Source of the DNA: an uncultured Muribaculaceae bacterium
GTDB lineage: Bacteria; Bacteroidota; Bacteroidia; Bacteroidales; UBA932
Direction: 5' to 3'
Length of the DNA stretch: 64,000 nt
Assembly (NCBI GenBank): GCA_964475015.1
Contig: CAYYVA010000002.1
Coordinates: 26,221-90,220, forward strand
Part shown: positions 49,601 through 59,498 of the stretch, piece after piece
Layout: the number at the start of each line of letters is the position of its first letter
Numbering within the stretch: the first letter of the stretch is position 1
The notes under the pieces: model-generated
The model's database searches: none
The model's input: only the letters and a program-made list of their open reading frames with translations
Told to the model about the DNA's origin: nothing
Program-made: the position numbers and the translations under genes

Positions 49601-51221
49601 AGAAGAGTCCCTGGAATATGAAGTGAAGGTTAGGGTCATGACAAGAGATGCTTCCGTTGAAGAACTTGTCCGTATACCTTCCCTCAGCCATGATATGGGA
49701 ATAATCATACCCATTAAATCCGAACCTCCTTACATTTATGGTGTCAATCCTCACATCCATCCCCCTGCTGCCTGAACCGAAAAGGGCATTCACATCGGCC
49801 GAGAGGTCAAGCTTGCCCAGAAGCGGATTTGCCAATGCCTGCCCCATGTCAAAGTCAACAGCCGAAATTGCACCGTCAAACCTTACGCCGGTACCCGATT
49901 CATTCCTGAAGAGGAGGTCGAGATTAACGTTACCAACAGAAGATGTAATCTCACCATCAGCCACAAAGTCATCCAGCAGACCCATCAGGGAACCGGAAAA
50001 ATTATACTTCACAAAAGGGGAAAGCGAAGCAAGGAACTTGTTTTCAGGCGTATTGTTAATGGAAGCCACAATAGAGGCAATGTCTGCACATGTTGTTGAA
50101 CTCCTATTGACTTCCGCAATTGCCATGGTCCTGCTGACTTCTGGGAGGCCGGATACCCTTGCATCCAGCACAATATATGAAAGCCCGGATTCTGATGAGA
50201 CAGTAAGATTGTCTGTCTTGAAGTTCTTTACAGTTCCCCCTGCCTGCCCGTTAAGGTAAAATGCAAGGCTGCTTCCATACATGCTTGGGGCTATCTTCCC
50301 GATAGTCTTGAAGTTGAGGTATGACCCGTTGAAATCTATCCCCATCCGCACCTTTGAGGTAAAATCGGCAAGGTCCCTCGGGGAATCATACTTCATGTAG
50401 AAATACCTTGCGTCCAGGACAGAATAGCTGTCTGCAAGATAAATGTCACTTATGAGTGCCTCAGTACCGCATATCCTCGCCTTTCCGCTCAAGGTTGCCA
50501 GCTTGAGGCCGCTGTGGTCAATTCCAGAAACATTGTTGATTGATGCATGCAGAGTATCCTGCTTCAGGTGCACATCACTTATGTTCAAGCTTATATCCCT
50601 TACACTCAGATTGGAGAAATTGATGATGCTGTCCCCCTTGTCAACAAACTTGGAAGGATTGTTGAGTGTAAATCTGAAATCATTAACCCTCAAAGAGTTC
50701 GCAAGAAGGTCAATTGACCCTTTTGTGGTATCCTTCGGGGTATTCTTGTCCAGCCTGAAAATCCTGTCCAGATTGGTCATCTTGCCCTGCTCTGTCTGGA
50801 GGTTGAATACTCCGCCCTGTACTGAGACGGTCTTCAGCTTGATCTTTCCCCTTATCAGCTGAGAAGGGTCAAGGGTTACAGAGAGCTTGTTGCACGCAAG
50901 CAGGGTATCACTGTAATTGAAATTTGCCTTGAGGGAATCTATCAGAGGTGACTCTTCAGTTGAGACAATTGAAAAATCCTTAACTATCAGCTTGTTGAAA
51001 AAGACAAGATATACATTGCCTATGGACATCCTTCCGTCAATGCCATCAGATAGTGAAGATACCGCCTTCCGGGCAATGGAAGTCTGTATTGCCGGGAACT
51101 GGAACAAAATCAGCGATACCACCTGCAGCGAGACAAGCAGTACAAAAACGGCAACTGATATTTTTATGGACTTTTTGATAAAAATCTCCTTTAAGTATCT
51201 CCAAATGGCAAATTTAATCAA
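46674..51221 (-). CDS. tamB: translocation and assembly module protein TamB-like
   Basis: 1515 aa with an N-terminal TM anchor and a long beta-rich body ending in a DUF490-like region. It appears to use a TTG start. Confidence 0.75.
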   Translation of the reverse strand: MIKFAIWRYLKEIFIKKSIKISVAVFVLLVSLQVVSLILFQFPAIQTSIARKAVSSLSDGIDGRMSIGNVYLVFFNKLIVKDFSIVSTEESPLIDSLKANFNYSDTLLACNKLSVTLDPSQLIRGKIKLKTVSVQGGVFNLQTEQGKMTNLDRIFRLDKNTPKDTTKGSIDLLANSLRVNDFRFTLNNPSKFVDKGDSIINFSNLSVRDISLNISDVHLKQDTLHASINNVSGIDHSGLKLATLSGKARICGTEALISDIYLADSYSVLDARYFYMKYDSPRDLADFTSKVRMGIDFNGSYLNFKTIGKIAPSMYGSSLAFYLNGQAGGTVKNFKTDNLTVSSESGLSYIVLDARVSGLPEVSRTMAIAEVNRSSTTCADIASIVASINNTPENKFLASLSPFVKYNFSGSLMGLLDDFVADGEITSSVGNVNLDLLFRNESGTGVRFDGAISAVDFDMGQALANPLLGKLDLSADVNALFGSGSRGMDVRIDTINVRRFGFNGYDYSHIMAEGRYTDKFFNGSISCHDPNLHFIFQGLFSFAKETESKYDFKALVPYVNLDSLNINTGTDIKEVGFSTTANFTHVKDSYVTGKVEIKNAEYRTSAGKYKLGNVKILSMNSNKIFTASLDSPFAKARYSGPGPIDMFIKKAADITAFSKLDNLFNRDTTVKSNNGMYNFSAQTFNTQNLCRAIMPGLYIMDSTSVKVTIDRKDNLKARLESGRLANGADFLKNLRLNLTAGKGKPSVATLFSRNIRFAGMRMDSSTINIKADTNLLKAGFNFRNDSTEDNSASLLAGILFKPGREMDVEIDGSSAISLKGEKWKFTPAHITIADSAVNVSNFNIANNDQIFSLDGDISRYNPDTLNFSLKNFNIGIINLFLSRSFNLEGHFSGNGVVSDLYRDPKVFFDINGEDVSVYNNKVGTLKMMSKWDAPGKRLNILVKSNLDGRPHFSATGHYRPDSSYLSMNASLEDLSVCYFEPFLQGLVSRTSGGLSGELKLSGQLDKLSITGEMCRFNNLGFLLDFTQVPYRLNGPFELTEKGIFLKNLPIYDSFNSKGTVNGSLTYNYFRNLALDINVDFTGMQCLNTTEKDNEFFYGSAFATGAVHLKGPLERIGIDIGVVSNKNTVIHIPLSSSANASQTNLLTFVEPETDRWIDPYDTLTVNRANVVKRETQLDVNMEARLTPAAEIMIEIDKSVGDVIKAKGNGTIDLDINPSREIFDIFGDYHVTDGSYKFVLAGFAAKDFTLQPGGTINFNGDITNTNLNLEAVYHTKASINPLIADTSSVSTRRNVDCIIGMEGKMMNPQLTFSINVPDLDPTTKIRVESALNTQGKVQKQLMALLVSGGFIPDEQSGIANNSSLLYSNASEILSNQINMIFQQLGIPLDLGLNYQPGERGTDIFDVAVSTQLFNNRVVINGNIGNDPYGNSSRDVIGNIDVEIKLDNPGNVRLDVFSHAEDQYSTYNDNNNSQRSGVGIVYQKEFNSFKSLLKGKSKAQKAYEKQERARRKEQKKSL

Positions 51222-51230
51222 AATACTGAG

Positions 51231-51238
51231 TAACTTTG
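51231..51238 (+). promoter_or_regulatory. -7 box TAACTTTG
   Basis: 21 nt upstream of the tsaD ATG at 51260. Confidence 0.4.
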
Positions 51239-51259
51239 CAACAATTCACAAATATCTGT

Positions 51260-52285
51260 ATGAGTCTTTTAATTTTAGGTATAGAGTCATCTTGCGATGA
51301 TACATCGGCTTCAGTATTGAGGGATGAATATCTCCTCTCAAACGTAATGGCCAGCCAGGAAGTTCACAGAAACTACGGCGGTGTAATTCCGGAACTTGCT
51401 TCAAGGGCGCACCAGCAGAACATACTCCCGGTAGTTGACCAGGCCCTCAAACAGGCAGGGGTAACAATGAAAGATATAGATGCAATTGCATTTACACGCG
51501 GTCCCGGGCTGCTCGGTTCACTTCTGGTAGGTACATCATTTGCAAAAGGGCTCTCAATATCAACCGGAAAACCTCTTGTAGAGGTAAACCACCTGCAGGG
51601 TCACATCCTCTCCCACTTCATAAAGGAAGAGGGGAAAGAGAACAGATGCCCACAGTTCCCGTTCCTTACCCTGCTTGTATCAGGAGGCCACACCCAGATA
51701 GTAAAAGTTACCGATTACCTTAATTTTGAGGTGATAGGGCATACCATAGATGATGCAGTTGGAGAGGCATTTGACAAGTGCGCCAAGATGATGGGGCTCG
51801 GCTACCCCGGCGGTCCTATAGTGGACAAGCTTGCCAAGGAGGGTGACGCCACAAGATTCAAGTTCTCCAAACCGCACATTGCCGGGCTGGACTACAGCTT
51901 CAGCGGAATAAAGACCTCTCTGCTATACTTCCTGCGCGACCAGCTGAAGGAGAACGGAAACTTCATTGAAGAGAACAAGGCAGACATCTGCGCCTCATTC
52001 CAGAAACACCTGATAGACATCCTGATGGACAAGCTCCTGAAAGCGGTAAAGCAGACTGGGATCAGGCAGATTGCTATAGGAGGCGGTGTATCAGCCAACT
52101 CCGGGCTACGCAACAGGATATATGAGGAGGGGGTAAAAAGAGGCTGGACAACATTCATCCCTGAATTCAAGTTCACCACAGACAATGCGGCAATGATTGC
52201 CATGAGCGGCCTCTGCAAGTTCCGCCTTGGGATGACCTGCCCGATTGATGCCGCCCCAATATCCCGCGCAGCAGACATGAAGTAA
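51260..52285 (+). CDS. tsaD: tRNA N6-adenosine threonylcarbamoyltransferase
   Basis: MSLLILGIESSCDDTSASV..., LVSGGHTQ. Confidence 0.9.
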   Translation: MSLLILGIESSCDDTSASVLRDEYLLSNVMASQEVHRNYGGVIPELASRAHQQNILPVVDQALKQAGVTMKDIDAIAFTRGPGLLGSLLVGTSFAKGLSISTGKPLVEVNHLQGHILSHFIKEEGKENRCPQFPFLTLLVSGGHTQIVKVTDYLNFEVIGHTIDDAVGEAFDKCAKMMGLGYPGGPIVDKLAKEGDATRFKFSKPHIAGLDYSFSGIKTSLLYFLRDQLKENGNFIEENKADICASFQKHLIDILMDKLLKAVKQTGIRQIAIGGGVSANSGLRNRIYEEGVKRGWTTFIPEFKFTTDNAAMIAMSGLCKFRLGMTCPIDAAPISRAADMK

Positions 52286-52293
52286 AATATATG

Positions 52294-52340
52294 GAACCCG
52301 ATACACGAGTTTGCGCAGTGAATCTCGTGTACCGGGTTTC
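52294..52340 (+). terminator. stem-loop after tsaD (no U-tract)
   Basis: gaacccgatacacgag / ctcgtgtaccgggtttc form a 15-of-17 bp stem. Confidence 0.3.
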
Positions 52341-52354
52341 ACCGATTAAAACAA

Positions 52355-53938
52355 ATGAAAGAAGTTGAGATAATTTTCCCTGCAAGACACAACCCTTCTG
52401 AAAAGGATATTGTTGCAGCGTGCGAGAAGAGCTTGCGTGTGCGTCCGGGCACAGTCATAAGCCATGAGGTGCGCAAAAGGTCCCTTGATGCCCGCGGCGG
52501 GGAAATCAAATACAGATACAGGGTAAACGTATCCCTCAGGGGCGAAGCCCCAATTGAGCCATACAGGCTCCTGCCGTTCAGGGATGTGAAGGAGGCCGAA
52601 CCGGTAATTATTGTAGGGTGCGGCCCGGCAGGGCTTTTCGCCGCCCTCAAGCTCCTGCAGCTCGGTCTCAAGCCTATAATCCTGGAAAGGGGGAAGGATG
52701 TCCACCAGCGCAAGTTTGACATGGCCAAGCTCTCAAAGGACCAGATTGTGAACCCCAACTCAAACTACTGCTTTGGGGAGGGCGGCGCCGGCACATTCTC
52801 AGACGGAAAACTCTACACCCGCTCCACAAAGAAAGGGGACATAAGGGAGATTCTCAACCTGTTCGTCCATTTTGGAGCAGATCCCGCAATACTCATAGAA
52901 TCCCACGCCCACATCGGGAGTGACAAGCTTCCCCGTGTGATAGAAAATATGCGCAACAGCGTCATAGAACATGGCGGTGAGGTCCATTTCAATTCCCATG
53001 TAGTGGATTTTGTACAGACTACGGCCGGCTGGGATGCAGTTGTGGAAGAAGTCAATCTTCCCGATGAAGATACACGGGAAAATCTGTCGGGAAGAAAAAT
53101 ATACTCTGCAAAGAACATTATCCTTGCCACAGGGCACTCCGCAAGGGACATATATGAACTGTTCAATGCCAAGGGGTGGACAATAGAGCCGAAAGGGTTT
53201 GCCCTTGGCGTGAGGGTTGAGCATCCGCAGTCACTCATAAATAACATACAGTACCACGGCAAATACCAGCCATACCTCCCTGCTGCAGAATATTCACTTG
53301 TAACACAGGTAGATGGAAGAGGCGTTTTCTCATTCTGCATGTGCCCTGGAGGAATCCTGGTACCTGCTGCAACTTCAGAGGGTGAAATGGTCCTCAATGG
53401 AATGAGCAACTCAATGCGAAACTCAAAATGGGCAAACGCAGGTGTTGTTGTACAGATTAACCCGGAGGATGTTCCTGAATTCGCGGAACACGGTCCGCTT
53501 CAGGTGCTCCGTTTCCAGGAATCTGTTGAAAGGAAGATGTACAGTTTCAGCAACAGCATAAAGGCACCGGCCCAAAGGATGGAGGACTTCTCAAGAGGCA
53601 TTGTTTCCAAAGACCTTCCTGAAACATCATACAAGCCCGGTACAATATCAGCACCTCTGCATGAACTGCTTCCCCCATTTGTGGCACAGAGGCTCCAGAA
53701 GGCATTCCCTGAGTTCAACAAGAAGATGAGGGGATATTTCACCAACAAGGCACTTCTCCTTGCAGTAGAATCCCGCACCTCCTCACCGGTGAGGATACCG
53801 AGGGACAAGGAAACATTGCAACACCTTTCCCTTTCTGGAATTTACCCATGCGGTGAGGGAGCAGGTTACGCTGGAGGAATAGTCTCCTCTGCAATGGACG
53901 GAATCAACTGTGCCATGAAGATATATGAAAACAAATGA
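52355..53938 (+). CDS. FAD-dependent oxidoreductase (COG2509-like)
   Basis: 527 aa with the dinucleotide fold IIVGCGPAGLFAA and GEGGAGTFSDGKL. Confidence 0.7.
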   Translation: MKEVEIIFPARHNPSEKDIVAACEKSLRVRPGTVISHEVRKRSLDARGGEIKYRYRVNVSLRGEAPIEPYRLLPFRDVKEAEPVIIVGCGPAGLFAALKLLQLGLKPIILERGKDVHQRKFDMAKLSKDQIVNPNSNYCFGEGGAGTFSDGKLYTRSTKKGDIREILNLFVHFGADPAILIESHAHIGSDKLPRVIENMRNSVIEHGGEVHFNSHVVDFVQTTAGWDAVVEEVNLPDEDTRENLSGRKIYSAKNIILATGHSARDIYELFNAKGWTIEPKGFALGVRVEHPQSLINNIQYHGKYQPYLPAAEYSLVTQVDGRGVFSFCMCPGGILVPAATSEGEMVLNGMSNSMRNSKWANAGVVVQINPEDVPEFAEHGPLQVLRFQESVERKMYSFSNSIKAPAQRMEDFSRGIVSKDLPETSYKPGTISAPLHELLPPFVAQRLQKAFPEFNKKMRGYFTNKALLLAVESRTSSPVRIPRDKETLQHLSLSGIYPCGEGAGYAGGIVSSAMDGINCAMKIYENK

Positions 53939-53966
53939 GGAGAGCCGCAAAAGCTCTCCTTAACTT

Positions 53967-55256
53967 TTATATCACTTCTTCGCAGATCTCCCCAATCTTG
54001 TTCTTGTCGTAAGGCCTCTCAACCCGTATGTAGTTGCCGGTATAGCCGTACATCATGCCCCCTTTCTGGGTTGATTCAAAGAGTACCTGCTGTGTCGTTC
54101 CCTTGTGGCGGGAAACATATTCTTCATGCAGCTGGTCTGAAAGCGCGGTAAGGGCCTCCACTCTGGCTGTCTTGGTTGCCTCATGCACCTGGTTTGGCAT
54201 TGCTGCTGCAGGGGTATTTGCCCGTCGGGAATAAGGGAATACATGAATGAATGCGGGCTTGATTGTCTCCTTGAGGAAAGTGTAGCATTTCTGGAACTCC
54301 TCATCCGTCTCGCCTGGAAAGCCTACTATCACATCAATACCAAAGAAAACATCCCCCATAATGCGGCGTACCATGGCAATCTTCTCTGCAAACATGGTAG
54401 TATTGTAGCGGCGGCGCATCACCTTAAGCACCTCATCCGAACCGCACTGGAGCGGAATATGGAAATGGTTCTGGAACTTGGTGCCGCTGGCAATCCACTC
54501 GATGATATCCTCCCTGAGCAGGTTAGGCTCAATTGATGAAATCCTGTAGCGCTCTATTCCCGGCACCTCATTGAGAGCCTTGAGCAGATCAAGGAAATCC
54601 TCTCCCGTAGTGCGTCCGAAATCACCTGTATTCACACCTGTGAGGACAACCTCCTTTATACCTTTTGCCGCAATTGCCTCTGCTTCCTTTACCAATGTGA
54701 CAATCGGGAGGTTACGGCTCTTGCCCCTGGCAAGGGGAATTGTACAATAAGAACAATGGTAGTTACAGCCGTCCTGCACCTTCAGGAACGAGCGGGTACG
54801 CTCTCCATGCGAAAAGGCAGGGAAAATAGTCTCCACCTCATTGATGGCACAGGAATAAGACCTGGCTGTCCCAAGTTTTGAAGGAATTTCACTCACCAGC
54901 TGGAATACATCTCCCTTGCGGTCTGCACCCACTACAAGGTCAACCCCCTCTATCTCCATAATCTCCTGAGGCTTCAGCTGTGCATAACAGCCTGTAACCG
55001 CAATTACCGCATCCGGATTCTGCTTGTGCAGCTTGCGGATTGCCTGGCGGCACTTCTTGTCTGCATGCTCCGTTACGCTGCAGGTATTGATTACATATAT
55101 GTCTGCCGGCTTGCTCTGTGCAACCCTTTCGTAACCGTTGTCTATGAACTGCTGGGCTATTGTAGAGGTTTCAGAGAAGTTAAGCTTGCAACCTAATGTT
55201 ACAAAGGCTATGGTCTTTACGTTGTCCTTTTGTATATTTAATTGATTTTCAGCCAT
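53967..55256 (-). CDS. mtaB: tRNA t6A37 methylthiotransferase
   Basis: 429 aa with a UPF0004 N-domain (TLGCKLNFSE), the radical SAM motif CNYHCSYC and a TRAM-like C-terminus. Confidence 0.8.
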   Translation of the reverse strand: MAENQLNIQKDNVKTIAFVTLGCKLNFSETSTIAQQFIDNGYERVAQSKPADIYVINTCSVTEHADKKCRQAIRKLHKQNPDAVIAVTGCYAQLKPQEIMEIEGVDLVVGADRKGDVFQLVSEIPSKLGTARSYSCAINEVETIFPAFSHGERTRSFLKVQDGCNYHCSYCTIPLARGKSRNLPIVTLVKEAEAIAAKGIKEVVLTGVNTGDFGRTTGEDFLDLLKALNEVPGIERYRISSIEPNLLREDIIEWIASGTKFQNHFHIPLQCGSDEVLKVMRRRYNTTMFAEKIAMVRRIMGDVFFGIDVIVGFPGETDEEFQKCYTFLKETIKPAFIHVFPYSRRANTPAAAMPNQVHEATKTARVEALTALSDQLHEEYVSRHKGTTQQVLFESTQKGGMMYGYTGNYIRVERPYDKNKIGEICEEVI

Positions 55257-55266
55257 TCAAAAAAAA

Positions 55267-55620
55267 TTATAGATTCATTGTAACCCTTGATGCATAAACT
55301 TGTCCTCCAAGCGGCGGGTTCAGCTTGTCTATCTGTACCTGTGCATTTTCAATATACGGGAATTTCTCCTTCACCGCATCCAGAATCCTCCTTGCCACAT
55401 TCTCCAGCAGGTGTGACTTTATCTTCATCTCCCCTGCAATGATATTATATACCTCCTGGTAGTTGAGGGCATCCTCTATGTTGTCTGTCCTGGCAGGTAC
55501 GGAGAGGTCTGACTCTGCCCAGAAGTTTACCACAAACTTATTTCCTATCCTCTGTTCTTCCTCAAAACATCCATGATATGCGTAAAACTGCATACCTACA
55601 AGTTCAACTTTATTCATCAA
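55267..55620 (-). CDS. folB: dihydroneopterin aldolase
   Basis: 117 aa with FYAYHGCFEEEQRIGNKF. Confidence 0.8.
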   Translation of the reverse strand: MMNKVELVGMQFYAYHGCFEEEQRIGNKFVVNFWAESDLSVPARTDNIEDALNYQEVYNIIAGEMKIKSHLLENVARRILDAVKEKFPYIENAQVQIDKLNPPLGGQVYASRVTMNL

Positions 55621-55658
55621 CTATCTATATTATATTTTCCAATGTATTATCAATAAAC

Positions 55659-56375
55659 TTATGCTAGCAATATAAACACGCACGGCCGTTTTCCTATCTC
55701 AATGGGTGATTTTTTCCAGGCAGCAACACTTTTGGTGAGTATTGTCTGGGTAGGAAGGGTTATATCCGCTGCCACGCAGATGCGGGTTTTTGGTGAGCAG
55801 ACTGCAAGCAGGTCTGCAAAGAGCTGGCCGTTGCGGTACGGGGTCTCAATCATTATCTGGCTCTGGTTGAGTTGAGAAGAGACCTTCTCAATCAATTTTA
55901 TCTTGGCTTTCCTCTCATCCGGCTTTACAGGGAGATAGCCGGTAAAGGCAAAGCACTGGCCGTTGAGGCCGCTCCCCATAAGTGCAAGCATTAGTGATGA
56001 GGGGCCAACCAGTGGACACACCTCAATCCCGTATGCATGTGCAAGTGCAACCAGCTGGGCACCGGGATCTGCAACTGCAGGGAGCCCCGCTTCCGAAATA
56101 AGCCCCACATCGTTCCCCTCAAGGAGCACCTTCACATACCCCTCAATCTTGGCCTGTGGCGTGTGCTCATTGAGTTCATACATCTGCAGCTTTTCTATTG
56201 AGCCTTTCAGTCCGCCACGGGATAGATACCTGCGCACTGTCCTGAACTCTTCAACCACATAATGGTTTATATTCTTGAGCAGATCCAGCACATACGAAGG
56301 GATTACCTCGGCCGGATCATTCTCCCCCAGAGGAGACGGTATAAGATATAATTTTCCACTACTCATAGGGAACAA
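55659..56375 (-). CDS. SAM-dependent methyltransferase (tetrapyrrole-methylase fold, RsmI-related)
   Basis: 238 aa with LYLIPSPLGE... and SEAGLPAVADPG. Confidence 0.65.
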   Translation of the reverse strand: MFPMSSGKLYLIPSPLGENDPAEVIPSYVLDLLKNINHYVVEEFRTVRRYLSRGGLKGSIEKLQMYELNEHTPQAKIEGYVKVLLEGNDVGLISEAGLPAVADPGAQLVALAHAYGIEVCPLVGPSSLMLALMGSGLNGQCFAFTGYLPVKPDERKAKIKLIEKVSSQLNQSQIMIETPYRNGQLFADLLAVCSPKTRICVAADITLPTQTILTKSVAAWKKSPIEIGKRPCVFILLA

Positions 56376-56405
56376 AGGTAGGGAAAAAAATTCTACCTTT
56401 GCACT

Positions 56406-57197
56406 ATGGGAAAAATTACTTTTTTAGGTACAGGAACATCACAGGGGATACCGATGATTGGGTGCAGCTGCAAGGTGTGCACATCCTCCGACCCCAAGGA
56501 CAACAGGCTCAGGACTTCCGCCCTCGTTGAGCACAACGGGTTCAGGATACTCATAGACTGTGGCCCCGATTTCCGCCAGCAGATGCTCCGTGAGAACATC
56601 TCAGACCTGGATGCGGTAATCCTCACCCACCAGCACAAGGACCACACCGGAGGCCTTGATGACATAAGGGCATTCAACTACTTCAGGAAGGAGGCTTTCC
56701 CAATCTATGCGGAGGAGCTTGTACAGGAATCCCTGAAGATGGAATATTACTACGCCTTCTCTGAGTACAAATACCCCGGAGTGCCGGACTACATCCTCCA
56801 CACAATAGATGAAAAGCCATTCACTATAACCAAAAAGCTTCCCGACAATTCTACGGCAAGCCTGGAAATCACCCCAATAAGGGTATTCCACTACAAGCTC
56901 CCCATCCTGGGCTTCAGGATTGGGGACATGGCCTACATCACAGACGGAAGCAGCATCCCTGAAGGGGAACTTGCGAAGCTGAAAGGAGTGGAACTCTTCA
57001 TAATCAATACAGTGAGGCATGAAAAGCACATTTCCCACTTTTCACTTCCGGAAGCCCTTGAGGTGATAAGAAAAGTTGGAGCTCCACGCAGCTACCTTAC
57101 CCACATGTCCCACCAGCTTGGGACACATGAGGAGCTGTGTGCCACCCTCCCTAAAAAAGTTGAGCCCGCCTACGACGGACTCACACTTGAATTCTAG
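56406..57197 (+). CDS. MBL-fold metallo-hydrolase (PhnP-like)
   Basis: FLGTGTSQGIP...C.C..C... and LTHQHKDH. Confidence 0.75.
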   Translation: MGKITFLGTGTSQGIPMIGCSCKVCTSSDPKDNRLRTSALVEHNGFRILIDCGPDFRQQMLRENISDLDAVILTHQHKDHTGGLDDIRAFNYFRKEAFPIYAEELVQESLKMEYYYAFSEYKYPGVPDYILHTIDEKPFTITKKLPDNSTASLEITPIRVFHYKLPILGFRIGDMAYITDGSSIPEGELAKLKGVELFIINTVRHEKHISHFSLPEALEVIRKVGAPRSYLTHMSHQLGTHEELCATLPKKVEPAYDGLTLEF

Positions 57198-57208
57198 ATA
57201 TTTGGCTA

Positions 57209-58480
57209 TCACCCTATAACACCGCTGCCTATCATCTCCTCCTCACCAGGGGTGTACCATGCTGCAAACTGCCCTGCTGAAATACCCCTCTGCGGCTTGT
57301 CAAAAATAATGTATAGGCCGTCCTCCTCCCTGTAGAGGGTAGCCTGCTGGAGCGGCTGCCGGTAGCGTATCCTCACCATATATCTGCGCCTCTCCCCTAC
57401 CTGCATCTCAATGTCCTCCCTTATCCAGTGGATTTCAGGGTTTTCAATCTTTATCCCCCTGCGGTACAGGCCGGGATGTGAATGACCTTCACCCACATAT
57501 ATCACATTCTGCTCAATGTCAATTGAAATGATGAAGATTGATTCTCTATGGCCTCCTATGTTAAGTCCCTTTCTCTGGCCTATGGTATAGAATTGGGCAC
57601 CGGTATGTTTACCAATCACCTTTCCGTCTGCAGGGGTATATTTGTGCGGAGCGGCCAGGGCAGAGAGTTCTCCGAGTGAATAATCCTGGTAATCAGTCCC
57701 CAGCTTGCCTGAAACCGCCACCACATTGCCTTCAAGGTCTGCAACGCACTCCCCTGCCTTAAGTGCTGCAGCTGTATATGGCGCCCTCTCTTCTTCAGTA
57801 GCAAAGATCTCCACAACCTTCCCCTCCTTGGGCTTGAGCTTCTGCTGGAGGAAAACCGGCAGATCCACCTTCCCCACAAAGCAGATTCCCTGGGAATCCT
57901 TCTTCTCCGCACTTGGCAGGCCAGCCTCCTTGGCAAGGCGTCTCACTTCAGGCTTGTCAATGTCACCTATCGGGAAGAGGGCCTTTGAAAGCTGCTCCTG
58001 GGAGAGCTGGCAGAGGAAATAGCTCTGGTCCTTGTTCTTGTCATCACCTGCTAGTATCCTGTAAATCTTCTTCCCATCCCCGTCCACAAACTCATCCTTC
58101 TTGCAATAATGACCTGTAGCCACATAATCTACATTGAGCTCAAGCGCGCACTTGAGGAATGCATCAAACTTTATCTCCCTGTTACACAGCACATCAGGAT
58201 TTGGGGTACGCCCCTTCTCATACTCTGAGAACATATAATCCACAACCCTCTGGCGGTAAATGTCACTCAAATCCACAAAATGGAACGGTATCCCTATCTT
58301 CTTTGCAACCATCTCAGCAACAACCTTGTCCTCTTCCCACTCGCAATCGCCGTGTAGGGTACCGGTTGTATCGTGCCAGTTCTGCATGAAAAGGGCAACC
58401 ACATCATGCCCGGCCCTCTTGAGCAGAAGGGCGGCCACACTTGAATCAACGCCACCTGAAAGTCCAACTGCTATTCTCAT
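57209..58480 (-). CDS. mnmA: tRNA 2-thiouridine(34) synthase
   Basis: MRIAVGLSGGVDSSVAA (PP-loop)...YTIGQRKGL. At 423 aa it appears to carry an internal insertion. Confidence 0.85.
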   Translation of the reverse strand: MRIAVGLSGGVDSSVAALLLKRAGHDVVALFMQNWHDTTGTLHGDCEWEEDKVVAEMVAKKIGIPFHFVDLSDIYRQRVVDYMFSEYEKGRTPNPDVLCNREIKFDAFLKCALELNVDYVATGHYCKKDEFVDGDGKKIYRILAGDDKNKDQSYFLCQLSQEQLSKALFPIGDIDKPEVRRLAKEAGLPSAEKKDSQGICFVGKVDLPVFLQQKLKPKEGKVVEIFATEEERAPYTAAALKAGECVADLEGNVVAVSGKLGTDYQDYSLGELSALAAPHKYTPADGKVIGKHTGAQFYTIGQRKGLNIGGHRESIFIISIDIEQNVIYVGEGHSHPGLYRRGIKIENPEIHWIREDIEMQVGERRRYMVRIRYRQPLQQATLYREEDGLYIIFDKPQRGISAGQFAAWYTPGEEEMIGSGVIG

Positions 58481-58482
58481 AT

Positions 58483-59496
58483 CTATCTTATCTTTAATCT
58501 GTTCAACGCTGCCTGATACTCCCTTGCATTCCTGTTATGCTCAGAGAGTGTACGGGCAAACTTATGTGTGCCGTCCATATTGGAATTTGCACAGAAATAG
58601 AGGAAATTGTGCTTCTGGTAATCCAATACTGCATCTATCCCCTTTACCCCCGGAATTGTAATGGGCCCGGGAGGCAGACCTGCATGCTTGTAGGTGTTGT
58701 ACGGAGAATCCACCTCCAGATGCCTGAACAGTATCCTCCTGATTGAAGGGTCTCCAAGCGCAAACTTCACTGTAGGGTCCGCATCCAGCTTCATCCCCCT
58801 CTTCAGCCTGTTCATATAGACACCTGCCACCTTTGGCATCTCAGGAGTATAGTTTGTCTCCTCACACACAATTGAAGCGAGGATTGAAACCTCCACAGGT
58901 GAAAGCCCTATGGAATCGGCCTTGGCCCTCCTCTCACCGTTCCAGAACTTGTCATACTCCTTCTTCATCCTTCCAACCAGCTTCTCAGGGGTAATTGTCC
59001 AATATACCTCGTATGTATTGGGGATGAACATTGCCATGAAAGTCTCCTTCCCAAATCCGTTCTCCTCCCATACCTCAGGCTTGGAAAGATAATCCTTAAA
59101 TTCAGCTGAATCAGCCGCAAGCCTCCTTCCCAGTATTCCCGACAGCCTCTCAAGGCTCCTGATATTCCCGCTGAGGGTAAGCATCATGGGAGCCTCCCAG
59201 CCATGCTGCAGCATCCTCACAATATCCCTGTTCCTCTTGTCAGGGGTAATCTGATACCTTCCGGGCTTGAAGTTCTTCTCAAGGGAGGCCCTTTGGGCAA
59301 CCTTTTCAAATGACTCCATATTCCCAACGGCCTTTGAAAGGGAATCCAGCATTGCTCCGTAGGTGGAACCGGGCGGGATATATACCACACTCCTCACCCC
59401 CACACTTTTCCTGTACTCATCCAGATAGCGGGGGACAAATATTGCGGCTGCACCGCAAACTGCACCTACAAGTATCAAAAATACAATCTTCTTCAT
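58483..59496 (-). CDS. mltG: endolytic transglycosylase MltG
   Basis: 337 aa with an N-terminal TM segment and a YceG-like domain (ASIVCEETNY..., SPYNTYKHAGLPPGPI). Confidence 0.85.
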   Translation of the reverse strand: MKKIVFLILVGAVCGAAAIFVPRYLDEYRKSVGVRSVVYIPPGSTYGAMLDSLSKAVGNMESFEKVAQRASLEKNFKPGRYQITPDKRNRDIVRMLQHGWEAPMMLTLSGNIRSLERLSGILGRRLAADSAEFKDYLSKPEVWEENGFGKETFMAMFIPNTYEVYWTITPEKLVGRMKKEYDKFWNGERRAKADSIGLSPVEVSILASIVCEETNYTPEMPKVAGVYMNRLKRGMKLDADPTVKFALGDPSIRRILFRHLEVDSPYNTYKHAGLPPGPITIPGVKGIDAVLDYQKHNFLYFCANSNMDGTHKFARTLSEHNRNAREYQAALNRLKIR

Positions 59497-59498
59497 CT

